This document shows positions 45,723 through 55,184 of a stretch of DNA of 64,000 bases, one piece after another (within the stretch, counting starts at the first letter, position 1; each line of letters begins with the position of its first letter). The translations under genes and the position numbers were made by a program. The notes under the pieces are model-generated. The model was not told the DNA's origin and made no database searches. It saw only the letters and a program-made list of their open reading frames with translations. Origin of the DNA: an uncultured Candidatus Saccharibacteria bacterium. Its GTDB lineage: Bacteria > Patescibacteriota > Minisyncoccia > Phycocordibacterales > UBA12445. The DNA is taken from the NCBI GenBank assembly GCA_964531375.1, contig CAZHDO010000002.1:21469-85468 (forward strand), written 5' to 3'.

Positions 45723-48248
45723 CTATATGGCTACTTTGAATGGAATAGTCATTTCTTCTGAGTTTCTTATGCTGTCGTAAATAATAACTTTGATTTCATT
45801 ATTGTAATCTATTTGTGGAATCTCTTTTGGTAAGAAATTAAAATTAAAAGGAGGGTTTTTTGAGGAACCAATAAAAGTGTTGTTTATGAAGAAGTCAGCT
45901 TGTACGACAGGGTAGGTGGTTTGTGTTACTTGTAAATTTATATTTACTGTCTCGATTAAGCCGTATGTCCTATTTCTATCTGGTAATAGTATATTTAATT
46001 TTGGTGCAAGACTTGGTCCGTGTACATTATCTAGACCAGTGGGTGCTGTCGTTGTTCCACTGCTTTGTAATCCTTGTATTTCCGCCCATTTTTTAATTGA
46101 GGTTTCCCAGTTGTTAAATTGTGGGTCACTCCAAGGGTCTGTCGGCGCTGGTCCAAGTGGGTCTTTCTTGTCTACCCAATATAAAATTGAATGTACATCG
46201 GTTAAAACCTTCTTTTCTTTAAGTTCTTCTGGTGTGTAAGGTGTTGCTAAATTTCCAGAGGCTTTGTCGATTGTGTATTCAACACCTCCACGCCATTCTC
46301 CACGAAGAACTGGTTTAATATCTTCTGGGATTGGGTCAGGTTTTTTGAAATTTTCAACAGGCAGTGTCTTGAGAACCTTGTCGAAGAAGTTTCTCCATAG
46401 CGGTGCTGTTATCATTCCTGCTACTTTTTTAACCATAGGTGAGTTGTCATTGTTTCCTACCCAAACTCCCATTGCGAAATTTGGTGTGAATCCTATAACC
46501 CAAGCGTCTTTTGTGTCGTTTGTTGTACCTGTCTTTGACGCAACTTGCCTGTCGTCGAACCTGAGAGGGGAGTTTTCTCCATATGCAGGAAGTTTTGCAT
46601 GGTAATCAGAAAGTACATCAGAAATTTCTCGTGCAACATTTGTTTCCAGGACTTTTATTCCATTGTTAGAATATTCTTCAAGAGTTTTTCCTGTCGAATC
46701 TGTAATTTTAAGAATAGGAGTATATGGATTTCTTATACCATCATTCGCAAACACAGAATAAGCGTTCGTCATATCTAGTAAAGTAACCTCTCCGCCTCCT
46801 AATACAAGCGTCAGTCCATATTGGGTGGCATTTGTGAGTCCTGTTATTCCAAGGTCTCTTGCTGTTCTTATAGCGTCGTTTATGCCGACTAGATAAAGAA
46901 GTTTTATGGCGGGTATGTTTATTGACTGAGCTAATGCGTTTCGAAGCGACATTGGCCCCCTAAAACTATCATCATAGTTTTGTGGCATGTAGCAGACGTT
47001 GGGATTATTGTTTGGTGGAATTGGATTTCCGTCTGGGTCACAGTTTGCTTGAAATTCTGTTTCTAAATCAAAAAGAACTGTGTCTGGTGTATATCCTTTT
47101 TTAAAAGCTGTCGCATAAACAAAGGGTTTAAAAGAAGATCCTGGTTGCCTATGTGCAAGAGTAACGTTAAAGTTGCCTTCATTTTTTGTATTGAAGTAGT
47201 CCCTTGAACCAACCATCACTAATATTTGTCCTGTCTTTGGATCTGTTGCTATTAATCCAGCATTTTTAGCCTTAAAATCTTTCTCATTTTTATCGCCGAA
47301 TTCTTTTATTGTTTCTTCAGCTTTTTGTTGAAGGTCGTAGTCAAGGGTTGTTATTATGTTTAAACCTCCAGTTTCAACTTCCTCTCTTCCGTATCTGCTT
47401 TCAAGGTAACTTCTTACAAACTCCACAAAGTGGGGTGCTTTAATACCACTATCATCTTTATTTTTATTAAACACAACGACTTCTTTTTTTGCGCTATCAA
47501 GTTCGTCTTTCGATATAAGCTTCAGTTCATACATTCTATTGAGAACTGTGTTTTTTCTTTCGTCTAGTTTTGTTTTGTTCTGTCCATAAGGGGAGTACAG
47601 GGTTGGTGCTTGTGGAATCGCAGCTATGTAAGCCGCCTCCGCCAAAGTAACATCGCTTGCTTTCTTATTGAAAAATCTCTGTGTCGCTTCTTCAACTCCA
47701 TAGACTGTTCCTCCGTATGGTGACTCGTTTAAATAAATAGAAAGTATCTGTTGTTTACTTAAAACTTTGTCTAGTTTTAAAGCTAATATCCATTCTGTTA
47801 TTTTTCTTGTTACACTTTTTTCTTGAGTTAGAAGCGTGTTTTTTATAACCTGTTGGGTTATTGTAGAGCCACCTTGGACAGCTCCGCCTTTCGTTAAATT
47901 CACCCAAACCGCTCTTATTATTGACTCTATTTTTATACCATTATGAGTGTAGAAATCAGAATCTTCTATCGCGATTGTTGCTTTTTGAATATATGTTGAG
48001 ATGTTTTCAAGAGGAACAACGCGTCTTTTGATGTCTTGGTGAATATCATATAGGAGAATTTTTCCTGTACGGTCGTATATTTTTGTGGATTGGGAAATTT
48101 TCCTCTTATCAAAAGAACCAAAATCAGGGATTTTTAAGTTGGCCATCCAAATAAGGATAATTCCCGCAAAAAAGAAAAAAAATATGGCCAAAACCATAAT
48201 TATCCTTATAGATTCATGTTTTATTGTCTTAAAAATCTTCCTTTTCAC
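45723..48248 (-). CDS. Class A penicillin-binding protein (PBP1A; transglycosylase plus transpeptidase).
   Basis: GT51 motifs EDSDFYTHNG and GGSTITQQ. Transpeptidase motifs SSFKP and KTGTT. 841 aa with an N-terminal TM anchor. Confidence 0.85.
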   Translation of the reverse strand: MKRKIFKTIKHESIRIIMVLAIFFFFFAGIILIWMANLKIPDFGSFDKRKISQSTKIYDRTGKILLYDIHQDIKRRVVPLENISTYIQKATIAIEDSDFYTHNGIKIESIIRAVWVNLTKGGAVQGGSTITQQVIKNTLLTQEKSVTRKITEWILALKLDKVLSKQQILSIYLNESPYGGTVYGVEEATQRFFNKKASDVTLAEAAYIAAIPQAPTLYSPYGQNKTKLDERKNTVLNRMYELKLISKDELDSAKKEVVVFNKNKDDSGIKAPHFVEFVRSYLESRYGREEVETGGLNIITTLDYDLQQKAEETIKEFGDKNEKDFKAKNAGLIATDPKTGQILVMVGSRDYFNTKNEGNFNVTLAHRQPGSSFKPFVYATAFKKGYTPDTVLFDLETEFQANCDPDGNPIPPNNNPNVCYMPQNYDDSFRGPMSLRNALAQSINIPAIKLLYLVGINDAIRTARDLGITGLTNATQYGLTLVLGGGEVTLLDMTNAYSVFANDGIRNPYTPILKITDSTGKTLEEYSNNGIKVLETNVAREISDVLSDYHAKLPAYGENSPLRFDDRQVASKTGTTNDTKDAWVIGFTPNFAMGVWVGNNDNSPMVKKVAGMITAPLWRNFFDKVLKTLPVENFKKPDPIPEDIKPVLRGEWRGGVEYTIDKASGNLATPYTPEELKEKKVLTDVHSILYWVDKKDPLGPAPTDPWSDPQFNNWETSIKKWAEIQGLQSSGTTTAPTGLDNVHGPSLAPKLNILLPDRNRTYGLIETVNINLQVTQTTYPVVQADFFINNTFIGSSKNPPFNFNFLPKEIPQIDYNNEIKVIIYDSIRNSEEMTIPFKVAI

Positions 48249-48261
48249 TGCTAAAATTATA

Positions 48262-48345
48262 CTATAAAAATAGTAAAAAGTATATGAAAGTATTTAGTAT
48301 TGTGTATATAGTATATGGTATACAAAATACAACATACAAGAAATA
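48262..48345. repeat. GTATTTAGTAT-family repeat element.
   Basis: aagtatatgaaagtatttagtattgtgtatatagtatatggtatacaaaatacaacatac. Confidence 0.65.
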
Positions 48346-48432
48346 TTTGGTGAAAATACAATAACTATGGCTAGTAAATTTAAATTTTGATAGTATCTAT
48401 ATATTATTAAAATTTCACTAAAAACCACCAAG

Positions 48433-49635
48433 ATGAGCGACGATAAAAACAAAGATCAAAAAATAAGCGATTTATTAAGTAGGGGGGTTGAGAATATTTA
48501 CCCATCAGTTGGTTTTTTGAAATCAAAACTAGAAAAAGAAGAAGAAATAAAAATATATCTCGGAATAGATCCAACAGGACCGACACTTCATCTTGGACAT
48601 GCAATTGCGCTAAAGAAATTGGCAGAATTTCAAAAACTTGGTTGCAAGATAATACTTTTAATCGGTGATTTCACAGCGATGATTGGTGACCCGACAGATA
48701 AAAAAGCCACCAGAAAACAACTTACACGAGACGAAGTTTTAAATAACGCAAAACTTTACAAAGAACAAGCGTCAGTTTTTTTGGATTTTAGTGGAGCCAA
48801 TTCTGCAGAGTTAAAATACAACTCAGAATGGTTAGAAAAAATGAATTTTGCTGATGTTTTAGGTCTTGCTTCTAAGATGACGGTGAGTCAGATGCTTGAA
48901 AGAGATATGTTTGAAAACCGAATTAAAGAAAATAAACCAATATTCCTTCATGAATTTTTGTATCCACTTATGCAGGGTTATGACAGTGTGGCTATGGATG
49001 TAGATGGGGAAGTGGGCGGAAATGATCAGACTTTCAATATGCTTGTTGGTAGAAACCTCCAAAAGGAAATAAATAATAAAGAGAAGTTTGTTTTAACGAT
49101 GAAACTTCTTGCCGACAATTCTGGAACAAAGATGGGTAAAACAGAAGGAAATATGGTTGCGTTAAACGATGACGCCCCAATGATGTTTGGAAAAATTATG
49201 AGTTGGGAAGATAGCATGATTTTTTCTGGTTTTGAATTATGTACAAATGTTTCTATGGAAGAAATAGATGGTTTAAGGAAAGAAATGAATGACGGCAAAA
49301 ACCCAAGAGATATTAAAATGAGACTAGGGAGAGAGATTGTATCTATTTATTACGGAAATGATGAGGCCGTAAAAGCAGAAGAAAATTTTATAAAGACATT
49401 TCAGAAAAAAGAAACACCAGACGACTTGGAAGAGATAACTGGTGCTGTTGGAGAAGTCATGTCAGATTTTCTTCTTTCAAAAGGTCAAATAAAATCAAAG
49501 TCAGACTTTAGGAGGTTGGTAGAAGAAGGGGCTGTTTCTATAGACGGCATAAAAATCGACGACTTTCTAATAAAAATAGAAAAACTCCCAGTTGTGGTAA
49601 AACTAGGTAAGAAAAAGTTCATAAAACTTATATAA
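48433..49635 (+). CDS. tyrS: Tyrosyl-tRNA synthetase.
   Basis: HIGH motif TLHLGH, KMSKS-type motif KMGKT, anticodon-binding region, and a C-terminal S4 domain (FRRLVEEGAVSIDGIKIDD). Confidence 0.85.
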   Translation: MSDDKNKDQKISDLLSRGVENIYPSVGFLKSKLEKEEEIKIYLGIDPTGPTLHLGHAIALKKLAEFQKLGCKIILLIGDFTAMIGDPTDKKATRKQLTRDEVLNNAKLYKEQASVFLDFSGANSAELKYNSEWLEKMNFADVLGLASKMTVSQMLERDMFENRIKENKPIFLHEFLYPLMQGYDSVAMDVDGEVGGNDQTFNMLVGRNLQKEINNKEKFVLTMKLLADNSGTKMGKTEGNMVALNDDAPMMFGKIMSWEDSMIFSGFELCTNVSMEEIDGLRKEMNDGKNPRDIKMRLGREIVSIYYGNDEAVKAEENFIKTFQKKETPDDLEEITGAVGEVMSDFLLSKGQIKSKSDFRRLVEEGAVSIDGIKIDDFLIKIEKLPVVVKLGKKKFIKLI

Positions 49636-49728
49636 ACAGTTATTTTTGAGTACTGTTGACATAATTTATATTATGTGCTAAATTATTGACTTATTTAGTA
49701 CATTTCTAATTAAAATAGGGAGTTTTTT

Positions 49729-49896
49729 ATGGAACATTTTCAAAATGCTCTTGTTGCTATTCTCGGTCTTTTGTCTCTTTATTGCATGATGAGGGTTTTT
49801 TTTGATTTATTTTGGGATGGAAGCATTGAAGAGATTTCCAAAGAAAAAGAGGAAGAGCTTCTCCGAATTGAAAAGGAGATGCAGAAGAAAAAGTAG
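49729..49896 (+). CDS. Small hypothetical membrane protein (55 aa).
   Basis: RBS TAGGGAG 8 nt upstream. One TM helix (ALVAILGLLSLYCMM) and a K/E-rich tail. An intrinsic terminator follows. Confidence 0.3.
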   Translation: MEHFQNALVAILGLLSLYCMMRVFFDLFWDGSIEEISKEKEEELLRIEKEMQKKK

Positions 49897-49916
49897 GTTT
49901 ATCCTTCTTTTAATAG

Positions 49917-49941
49917 GACCGCCAGAAAAGGCGGTTTTTTC
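49917..49941 (+). terminator. Rho-independent terminator.
   Basis: Stem accgcc/ggcggt with loop agaaaa, followed by a T6 run. Confidence 0.7.
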
Positions 49942-49965
49942 ATTTTTGTCTATTATTTGGTAATA

Positions 49966-49999
49966 AAAAACCGCTTGTTTTAGAAAGCGGTTTTTTCTT
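49966..49999. terminator. Bidirectional intrinsic terminator.
   Basis: aaaaaaccgct-tgttttagaa-agcggtttttt: an A-run, a hairpin and a T-run. It serves the convergent small ORFs on either side. Confidence 0.6.
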
Positions 50000-50006
50000 T
50001 GATTTA

Positions 50007-50216
50007 TTAAAAAGGATCTTTGTCGTCGAAGCTGTCCATGTCTTTATCGATTCCAAGGGTTCTGTTGAAATCGATGTCGTCTGACTCTGTTGTTATTGCT
50101 TCAAGCACAGCATCTCCATCTAATTCTCCTTCTAGTTCAGCATCACCTTTGTATTCCTCACCTAACTCATCGGCATCGTTTACTTTTTTTATTGGTTTTG
50201 GCATGTTTTTATGCAA
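50007..50216 (-). CDS. Small, highly acidic hypothetical protein.
   Basis: 69 aa, rich in D/E (DADELGEEYKGDAELEGELDGD). Confidence 0.35.
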   Translation of the reverse strand: MHKNMPKPIKKVNDADELGEEYKGDAELEGELDGDAVLEAITTESDDIDFNRTLGIDKDMDSFDDKDPF

Positions 50217-50286
50217 AAAAATTTATAAAAATTTACCTTATAATTTATATAATAATTAAAGATATTTATTTTTAGCAAAGTCGTGG

Positions 50287-50781
50287 TTATTTTGCAAGCC
50301 CCCTGTATGTTGCAAGACCTGTTAGTGCCATCCCAATGGCATCGAATTCATCATCTTCAACCTTTTTCTTGTCGATTGTCTTCCAATTTTTGATTAAAAA
50401 CGGGATCATCTTAGAAACCTGGCTTTTTTCAGCCTTACCGTAACCAACAATAGCCATTTTCATTTGGAGTGGGGTAAATTCAAAAACCTTTAGGCCATTT
50501 GCCATTGCAATATATGTCGCCATTCCCTTGGCTTCTGATACTCCCATGGCAGTTTTCTGATTAGTCGTAAAAAAAAGCTTTTCTATAGCCAGAGCTTGGG
50601 GTTTAAATTTATCGATTAGGGTTTGAAATTCTTTTCCTATTGAAAGAAGCCTTTCACTAAATGTGGTTTTTGCCGAAGTTCTAATACACCCAGAATAAAG
50701 TAATTCATCACCACCGCTTTGGTTGTCGACAACAGCGACACCAAACTTGTCATATCCAGGATCAACTCCGATAATTATCAT
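50287..50781 (-). CDS. ruvC: Holliday-junction resolvase RuvC.
   Basis: MIIIGVDPGYDKFGVAVV...ALAIEKLFF...DEFDAIGMALTG carries the catalytic-residue contexts. The ORF opens 27 codons further upstream, but the conserved start is at 50781. Confidence 0.8.
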   Translation of the reverse strand: MIIIGVDPGYDKFGVAVVDNQSGGDELLYSGCIRTSAKTTFSERLLSIGKEFQTLIDKFKPQALAIEKLFFTTNQKTAMGVSEAKGMATYIAMANGLKVFEFTPLQMKMAIVGYGKAEKSQVSKMIPFLIKNWKTIDKKKVEDDEFDAIGMALTGLATYRGLAK

Positions 50782-50804
50782 AAAAAATGATTTAAGATTT
50801 ATTT

Positions 50805-50890
50805 TGTCATCCCGGACTCGATCCGGGATCCAGGATTTATTTAGTTTATATTTAAAATACAATGGATTCCGAGTCGAGCCCGGAATGACA
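50805..50890. repeat. GC-rich imperfect inverted repeat (two hairpins) in the yebC-ruvC intercistronic region.
   Basis: tgtcatcccggactcgatccgggatcc ... ggattccgagtcgagcccggaatgaca. Each arm also folds on itself. Confidence 0.5.
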
Positions 50891-50900
50891 GGTGGAGTTA

Positions 50901-51461
50901 TTATTCAGCTGACTCTTCTTCGGATGATAGGTTTGAAATATTTGTGAAAATATTTTCCACATCTTCGTGGTCGTCAATTATGCCAAGTAAGGTTTCTAGT
51001 GCTTCCTTGTCTGTAGGGGAGACTTCCATTGGCATTGTTGGTACCCACTCATCGTCCTTTTTTTCAAAAGCCCAAGTTACAGAACCTTCTCCGCCAAGTG
51101 TTCCTCCATGGTCAGATAAAATGTGTTTTATTTCAGGAGTCATTCTGTTTTTGTTGTCTGTAATTCCTTCAATAATAATAGCAGCTCCGCCTGGCCCATA
51201 AGCTTCATATTTTACATTCTGCATTTCTGAGCCGCCAACACCAAGTCCTTTTGCGATTGCCCCATCAATTTTATCGTTTGGCATATTAACCTCTCGCGCC
51301 TTCTCGATCATTTTTCTTAGTGAAGGAGAATTTCTATCTCCCTTTGCCGTTCGAGATTCCACGATTAATTTCTTGGCTAAAATAGCAAAAGCCTTACTTT
51401 TCTTCGCATCATTAATACCTTTTTTAACTTTTATTTTTGAAAATTTATTATGTCCTGACAT
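50901..51461 (-). CDS. yebC: YebC/PmpR-family transcriptional regulator (short form).
   Basis: MSGHNKFSKIK...LRKMIEKAREVNMPNDKIDGAIAKG...YEAYGPGGAAIIIEGITDNKNR is the YebC signature. Confidence 0.75.
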   Translation of the reverse strand: MSGHNKFSKIKVKKGINDAKKSKAFAILAKKLIVESRTAKGDRNSPSLRKMIEKAREVNMPNDKIDGAIAKGLGVGGSEMQNVKYEAYGPGGAAIIIEGITDNKNRMTPEIKHILSDHGGTLGGEGSVTWAFEKKDDEWVPTMPMEVSPTDKEALETLLGIIDDHEDVENIFTNISNLSSEEESAE

Positions 51462-51589
51462 ATTTTTTGCAAATTAAAATTATTAATTAGAAGTTATCTA
51501 TTAATTTAGACGTTTCTCTTATTATATTATAAATAATACCAAATTAGTCAACGATAGAAACTTTACCCATCTGATGTATAATACAAAGT

Positions 51590-54022
51590 ATGCAAAACAT
51601 GGAAAATTTTAAACCAAAACCAAAAGAAGAATTAAAAGCACAATTAGGGCAAGTTGCAGAAAAAGTAGGAAATCGTCTTACTCCAGAATCGCAAAATGGT
51701 GGATTGCTGAGTATGACTATTGATGAGATTAAGAATAAATTTCCTTTAAGATATGATATATATCGAAAACTTTTGATTTCTCAAAAAAATAAAACAGAAA
51801 TTGACGAGAAAGAAATTTCAGAAATGAAAACATGGCTTACTGCATTAAATAATCTAGATAAATATATAGAAAATCACAAAGACAATGAAGCTGGTCGTAC
51901 TTTAAGAGAAAGACAATTTACAGTGTTCGAAGCGATTCGTGATTTCTTAGAAAGGGGCGAGAAAGAGGGATATATAAAACTACCAACAGGGGCGGGAAAA
52001 ACAGTTATTTTCTCAGAATTAATCGAATCTCTTCGATTAAAGACGCTGGTTGTTGTTCCGACGCAAATACTTGTTGAACAAACAGGCAAGGAGATCGAGA
52101 AATTTACAGAAGATCTTGATATTGGAAAGATATATACTTATGCGAAGAATCATGGCGATGATGTGACAATTACAACCTATTCATCTTTAATAAATAAAAT
52201 CAAAGATGGTTCGATAAACCCAAAAGACTATAAATGCCTTATTCTCGACGAGGCCCACAAGGCACTTAGCGAAAAAAGAATAGAATCAATTAGTGGTTTT
52301 GATGATGCTATTAAATTGGGTTTTACAGCAACTCCAGAATATTCAGAAGATAAAAATGTAGCTAAATTATTAAGTAAAGAAATATGTTCTCTTTCGATTA
52401 AAGAAGCCGTTAAAGAGAAAGTTTTAAGTGGTTTTTCGGTTTATCTTGTCCAAACAAATATTGATTTGAGTGAAGTGAAAGTCACCTCAACAGGAGAATA
52501 TAATCAAGAGGACCTCGAGAGAGCGATTAATAAGGAGGCGAGAAATAAGGCAGGTGTGGATGTCTACCGAAAGATGTTTGATGGTGAAAGAGCAGTTGTT
52601 TATTGTTGCGGTGTGGCCCATGCAGAAAATATGGCACGGCTATATAACGAGCAAGGTATTTCTGCTAATTTTGTTTCTGGAAAACAAGGTAAGACAGAAA
52701 GAGAGCAAATTTTAAATGATTTCAAGGAGGGAAAGATTAAGGTTCTGTGTAATTCTGATATTTTAATTGAAGGTTTTGATGAGAAGAAAGCGAGTGTCTG
52801 TATTAATTTAAAACCAACATTATCAAAAATAGTTGCAGAACAAAGAGCCGGGCGAGTATTAAGGATAGACGAAACTAATCTAGACAAAATAGGCAGAATT
52901 GTTGATTTTGTTGATGTTTATGATCAAGGCCGTGGTGGTATTTCATTTGCAGATATCGTAGGTGAGGCCGAGGTTTATCAAGAAGAAAAAGAAAAGAGTG
53001 GTGCTGATAATGGTAACGAAACAGAACAAAGCCGAAATATTAAAATTAGGGAAGATATTAAGCTTGAGTTTAAAATTATAACTGAGGCTAAAGAGGTAGT
53101 GCGGATTTTGAGTGAAACTGGCTTGTTGATAGATAAAGAAAAAATAGAACATTTGCCTTTTGAAGAGTTAAAAAAAGAGGTTCAGGTTTTAAAAATAAAA
53201 GATTTTATTGAATATGAAAAAAAGAGAAAAGAAAACCATCCAAATTGGATGAGTTCCGGTAATTTACGTAGACAAAAAGGATGGAAAAATGCAGATGATT
53301 TTTTTGGTAGAGAAGTTGTAGAATTCCTATCTTTTGAGGATACTAAAAAAGAAGTTCAAAGTTTGGGAATTAAAACAAGAATCGAATATAAAAAAGAGAA
53401 AAAAGAAAACCATCCAAAATGGAGATGTTTTTCTGATTTAAAACATGAAAAAGGATGGAAAGGTGCGGATGATTTTTTCGACAGAGAAGCTGTAAAATTC
53501 TTATCTTTTGAGGATACTAAAAAAGAAGTTCGGGGTTTGGGAATTAAAACAAAAAAAGAATATGAAAAAAAGAGAAAAGAAAACCATCCAAACTGGAGAT
53601 GTTTTTCTGATTTAAAACATGAAAAAGGATGGAAAGGTGCGGATGATTTTTTCGACAGAGAAGCTGTAAAATTCTTATCTTTTGAGGATACTAAAAAAGA
53701 AGTTCGGGGTTTGGGAATTAAAACAAAAAAAGAATATGAAAAAAAGAGAAAAGAAAACCATCCAAACTGGAGATGTTTTTCTGATTTAAGCAAAGAAGAA
53801 GGGTGGAAAAGTTCATATGATTTTTTTAATAAGGAACGAAAAGAATTCTTATCTTTTGGGGATACTAAAAAAGAAGTTCGGGATTTGGGAATTAAAACAA
53901 TTACTGAATATGAAGAAGAAAGAAAAAAACATCCAAATTTGAGGAGCTATATATCATTAGTTGATCAAAAAGAATGGAAAGGTTGGGATGATTTTTTAGG
54001 AAGAGGTAAAAAAGAATTCTAA
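51590..54022 (+). CDS. Superfamily-2 DEAD/DEAH-type helicase (ResIII-like) with five tandem 58-aa C-terminal repeats.
   Basis: Walker A PTGAGKTV, DEAH box LILDEAHKA, and motif VI QRAGRVLR. From about aa 520 the protein carries five repeats of the form FLSFEDTKKEVRGLGIKTKKEYEKKRKENHPNWRCFSDLKHEKGWKGADDFF. Confidence 0.7.
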   Translation: MQNMENFKPKPKEELKAQLGQVAEKVGNRLTPESQNGGLLSMTIDEIKNKFPLRYDIYRKLLISQKNKTEIDEKEISEMKTWLTALNNLDKYIENHKDNEAGRTLRERQFTVFEAIRDFLERGEKEGYIKLPTGAGKTVIFSELIESLRLKTLVVVPTQILVEQTGKEIEKFTEDLDIGKIYTYAKNHGDDVTITTYSSLINKIKDGSINPKDYKCLILDEAHKALSEKRIESISGFDDAIKLGFTATPEYSEDKNVAKLLSKEICSLSIKEAVKEKVLSGFSVYLVQTNIDLSEVKVTSTGEYNQEDLERAINKEARNKAGVDVYRKMFDGERAVVYCCGVAHAENMARLYNEQGISANFVSGKQGKTEREQILNDFKEGKIKVLCNSDILIEGFDEKKASVCINLKPTLSKIVAEQRAGRVLRIDETNLDKIGRIVDFVDVYDQGRGGISFADIVGEAEVYQEEKEKSGADNGNETEQSRNIKIREDIKLEFKIITEAKEVVRILSETGLLIDKEKIEHLPFEELKKEVQVLKIKDFIEYEKKRKENHPNWMSSGNLRRQKGWKNADDFFGREVVEFLSFEDTKKEVQSLGIKTRIEYKKEKKENHPKWRCFSDLKHEKGWKGADDFFDREAVKFLSFEDTKKEVRGLGIKTKKEYEKKRKENHPNWRCFSDLKHEKGWKGADDFFDREAVKFLSFEDTKKEVRGLGIKTKKEYEKKRKENHPNWRCFSDLSKEEGWKSSYDFFNKERKEFLSFGDTKKEVRDLGIKTITEYEEERKKHPNLRSYISLVDQKEWKGWDDFLGRGKKEF
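53150..54000 (+). repeat. Five tandem 174-bp repeats within the helicase gene.
   Basis: The period is 174 bp. Copies 3 and 4 (about 53501-53674 and 53675-53848) are nearly identical at the DNA level. Confidence 0.8.
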
Positions 54023-54026
54023 TTTT

Positions 54027-55058
54027 TTAGAGTAAGCTATCTTTAGGTGGTTCAATATTTAGGTGTTCGTAAGCTTTTGTTGTAGCGGATCGGCCTCTTG
54101 GGGTTCTTTCGATGAAGCCAAGTTGTATTAAATATGGTTCGTTTACTTCTTCTACGGTGCCGACTTCTTCGGATATTGCAGCGCCGATTGTGCCGAGGCC
54201 GACTGGTCCACCTCCGAACTTGTTGATTATCGTGTCGATTATTTTCCTATCGACGATGTTTAGGCCTGCGTGATCTATGCCAAGGAGGTCCAAAGCCTTA
54301 CCAACTGTCTTTCTGTTCAATACAACCTCTTTTACCTGAGCGAAATCCCGACATCTTTTTAGTAGGTGATTCGCGATTCTCGGGGTAAATCTACTTCTTC
54401 TTGAAATTTCTTCGGAGGCTTCTTTTTCTATTTCAACGCTGAGTATCTTTGACGAACGTTCGATAATTTTTTCAATTTCTTTTTCTGTATAAAATTCTAG
54501 TCTGAAAGTTCCACCCGAAAATCTTGAACGGAGGGGGGAAGAGAGGAGTGCTATTTTGGTAGTGGCGGCGATAAGTGTGAATGGTGGGAGTTCAAGTTGA
54601 ATTGTTCTCGCTGACGGACCTTTGCCGATTATGATATTTAAAATTCCCGACTCCATTGCAGGATAAAGAACCTCTTCGATCATCTTGTTGAGGCGATGAA
54701 TTTCGTCGATAAATAAAATATCTCCCGGTGAAAGGTTTGTGAGGAGGGAAGCGAGGTCGCCAACTTTCTCTATCGCAGGACCTGATGTGATTTTAATCTG
54801 AGAATTGTTTTCTTTGGCAATTAAATGTGCCAAAGTTGTCTTTCCAAGTCCAGGAGGCCCATAAAAAAGCAGGTGTTCTGGTGGTTGTTTTCTGGACTTG
54901 GCAGCATCGAGTAAAATCTTCAAATTTTCCTTAATTACCTCCTGTCCAATATACTCTTCCCATCGCTCTGGTCTGAGCGTACTGTCAAGAAATACCTCGT
55001 TTTTTTGAGGGTTTTGGTCATTCTCTTGTACTTCATTTTCTGGTGGTATACTTGACAT
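54027..55058 (-). CDS. ruvB: Holliday-junction branch-migration helicase RuvB.
   Basis: LRPERWEEYIGQE...LLFYGPPGLGKTTLAHLIA...DEIHRL is the RuvB AAA+ pattern. Confidence 0.9.
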   Translation of the reverse strand: MSSIPPENEVQENDQNPQKNEVFLDSTLRPERWEEYIGQEVIKENLKILLDAAKSRKQPPEHLLFYGPPGLGKTTLAHLIAKENNSQIKITSGPAIEKVGDLASLLTNLSPGDILFIDEIHRLNKMIEEVLYPAMESGILNIIIGKGPSARTIQLELPPFTLIAATTKIALLSSPLRSRFSGGTFRLEFYTEKEIEKIIERSSKILSVEIEKEASEEISRRSRFTPRIANHLLKRCRDFAQVKEVVLNRKTVGKALDLLGIDHAGLNIVDRKIIDTIINKFGGGPVGLGTIGAAISEEVGTVEEVNEPYLIQLGFIERTPRGRSATTKAYEHLNIEPPKDSLL

Positions 55059-55184
55059 TTATTTTCTTTTATGATAGCCTATTGGGTAATCGATTAAAAT
55101 GTTTACAAATAGGCGATTCTGTGTTGTTAGGTTGATTCGAAAAGATTTCCTTAATAATTTAATAGAATAGATATAGAGGTCTTG

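Noticed and set aside
33186-48345. Considered whether the GTATTTAGTAT repeat clusters are a CRISPR array.
   Set aside because: The units are only ~11 nt, degenerate, and arranged as direct and inverted blocks without regular repeat-spacer periodicity. No cas genes are nearby.
48249-48432. Looked for a T-box leader upstream of tyrS.
   Set aside because: I find no T-box consensus (AATTAGGGTGGNACCGCG) or specifier/antiterminator arrangement. The region is instead occupied by the GTATTTAGTAT repeat element.
50782-50862. 27-codon N-terminal extension of ruvC in the ORF track.
   Set aside because: The extension runs through the GC-rich hairpin element and is not conserved. RuvC homologs begin at MIIIGVDPG.
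53356-53793. Minus-strand 145-aa ORF with internal repeats.
   Set aside because: It is an antisense shadow of the tandem 174-bp repeats in the helicase gene. Its repeat structure simply mirrors the sense strand.
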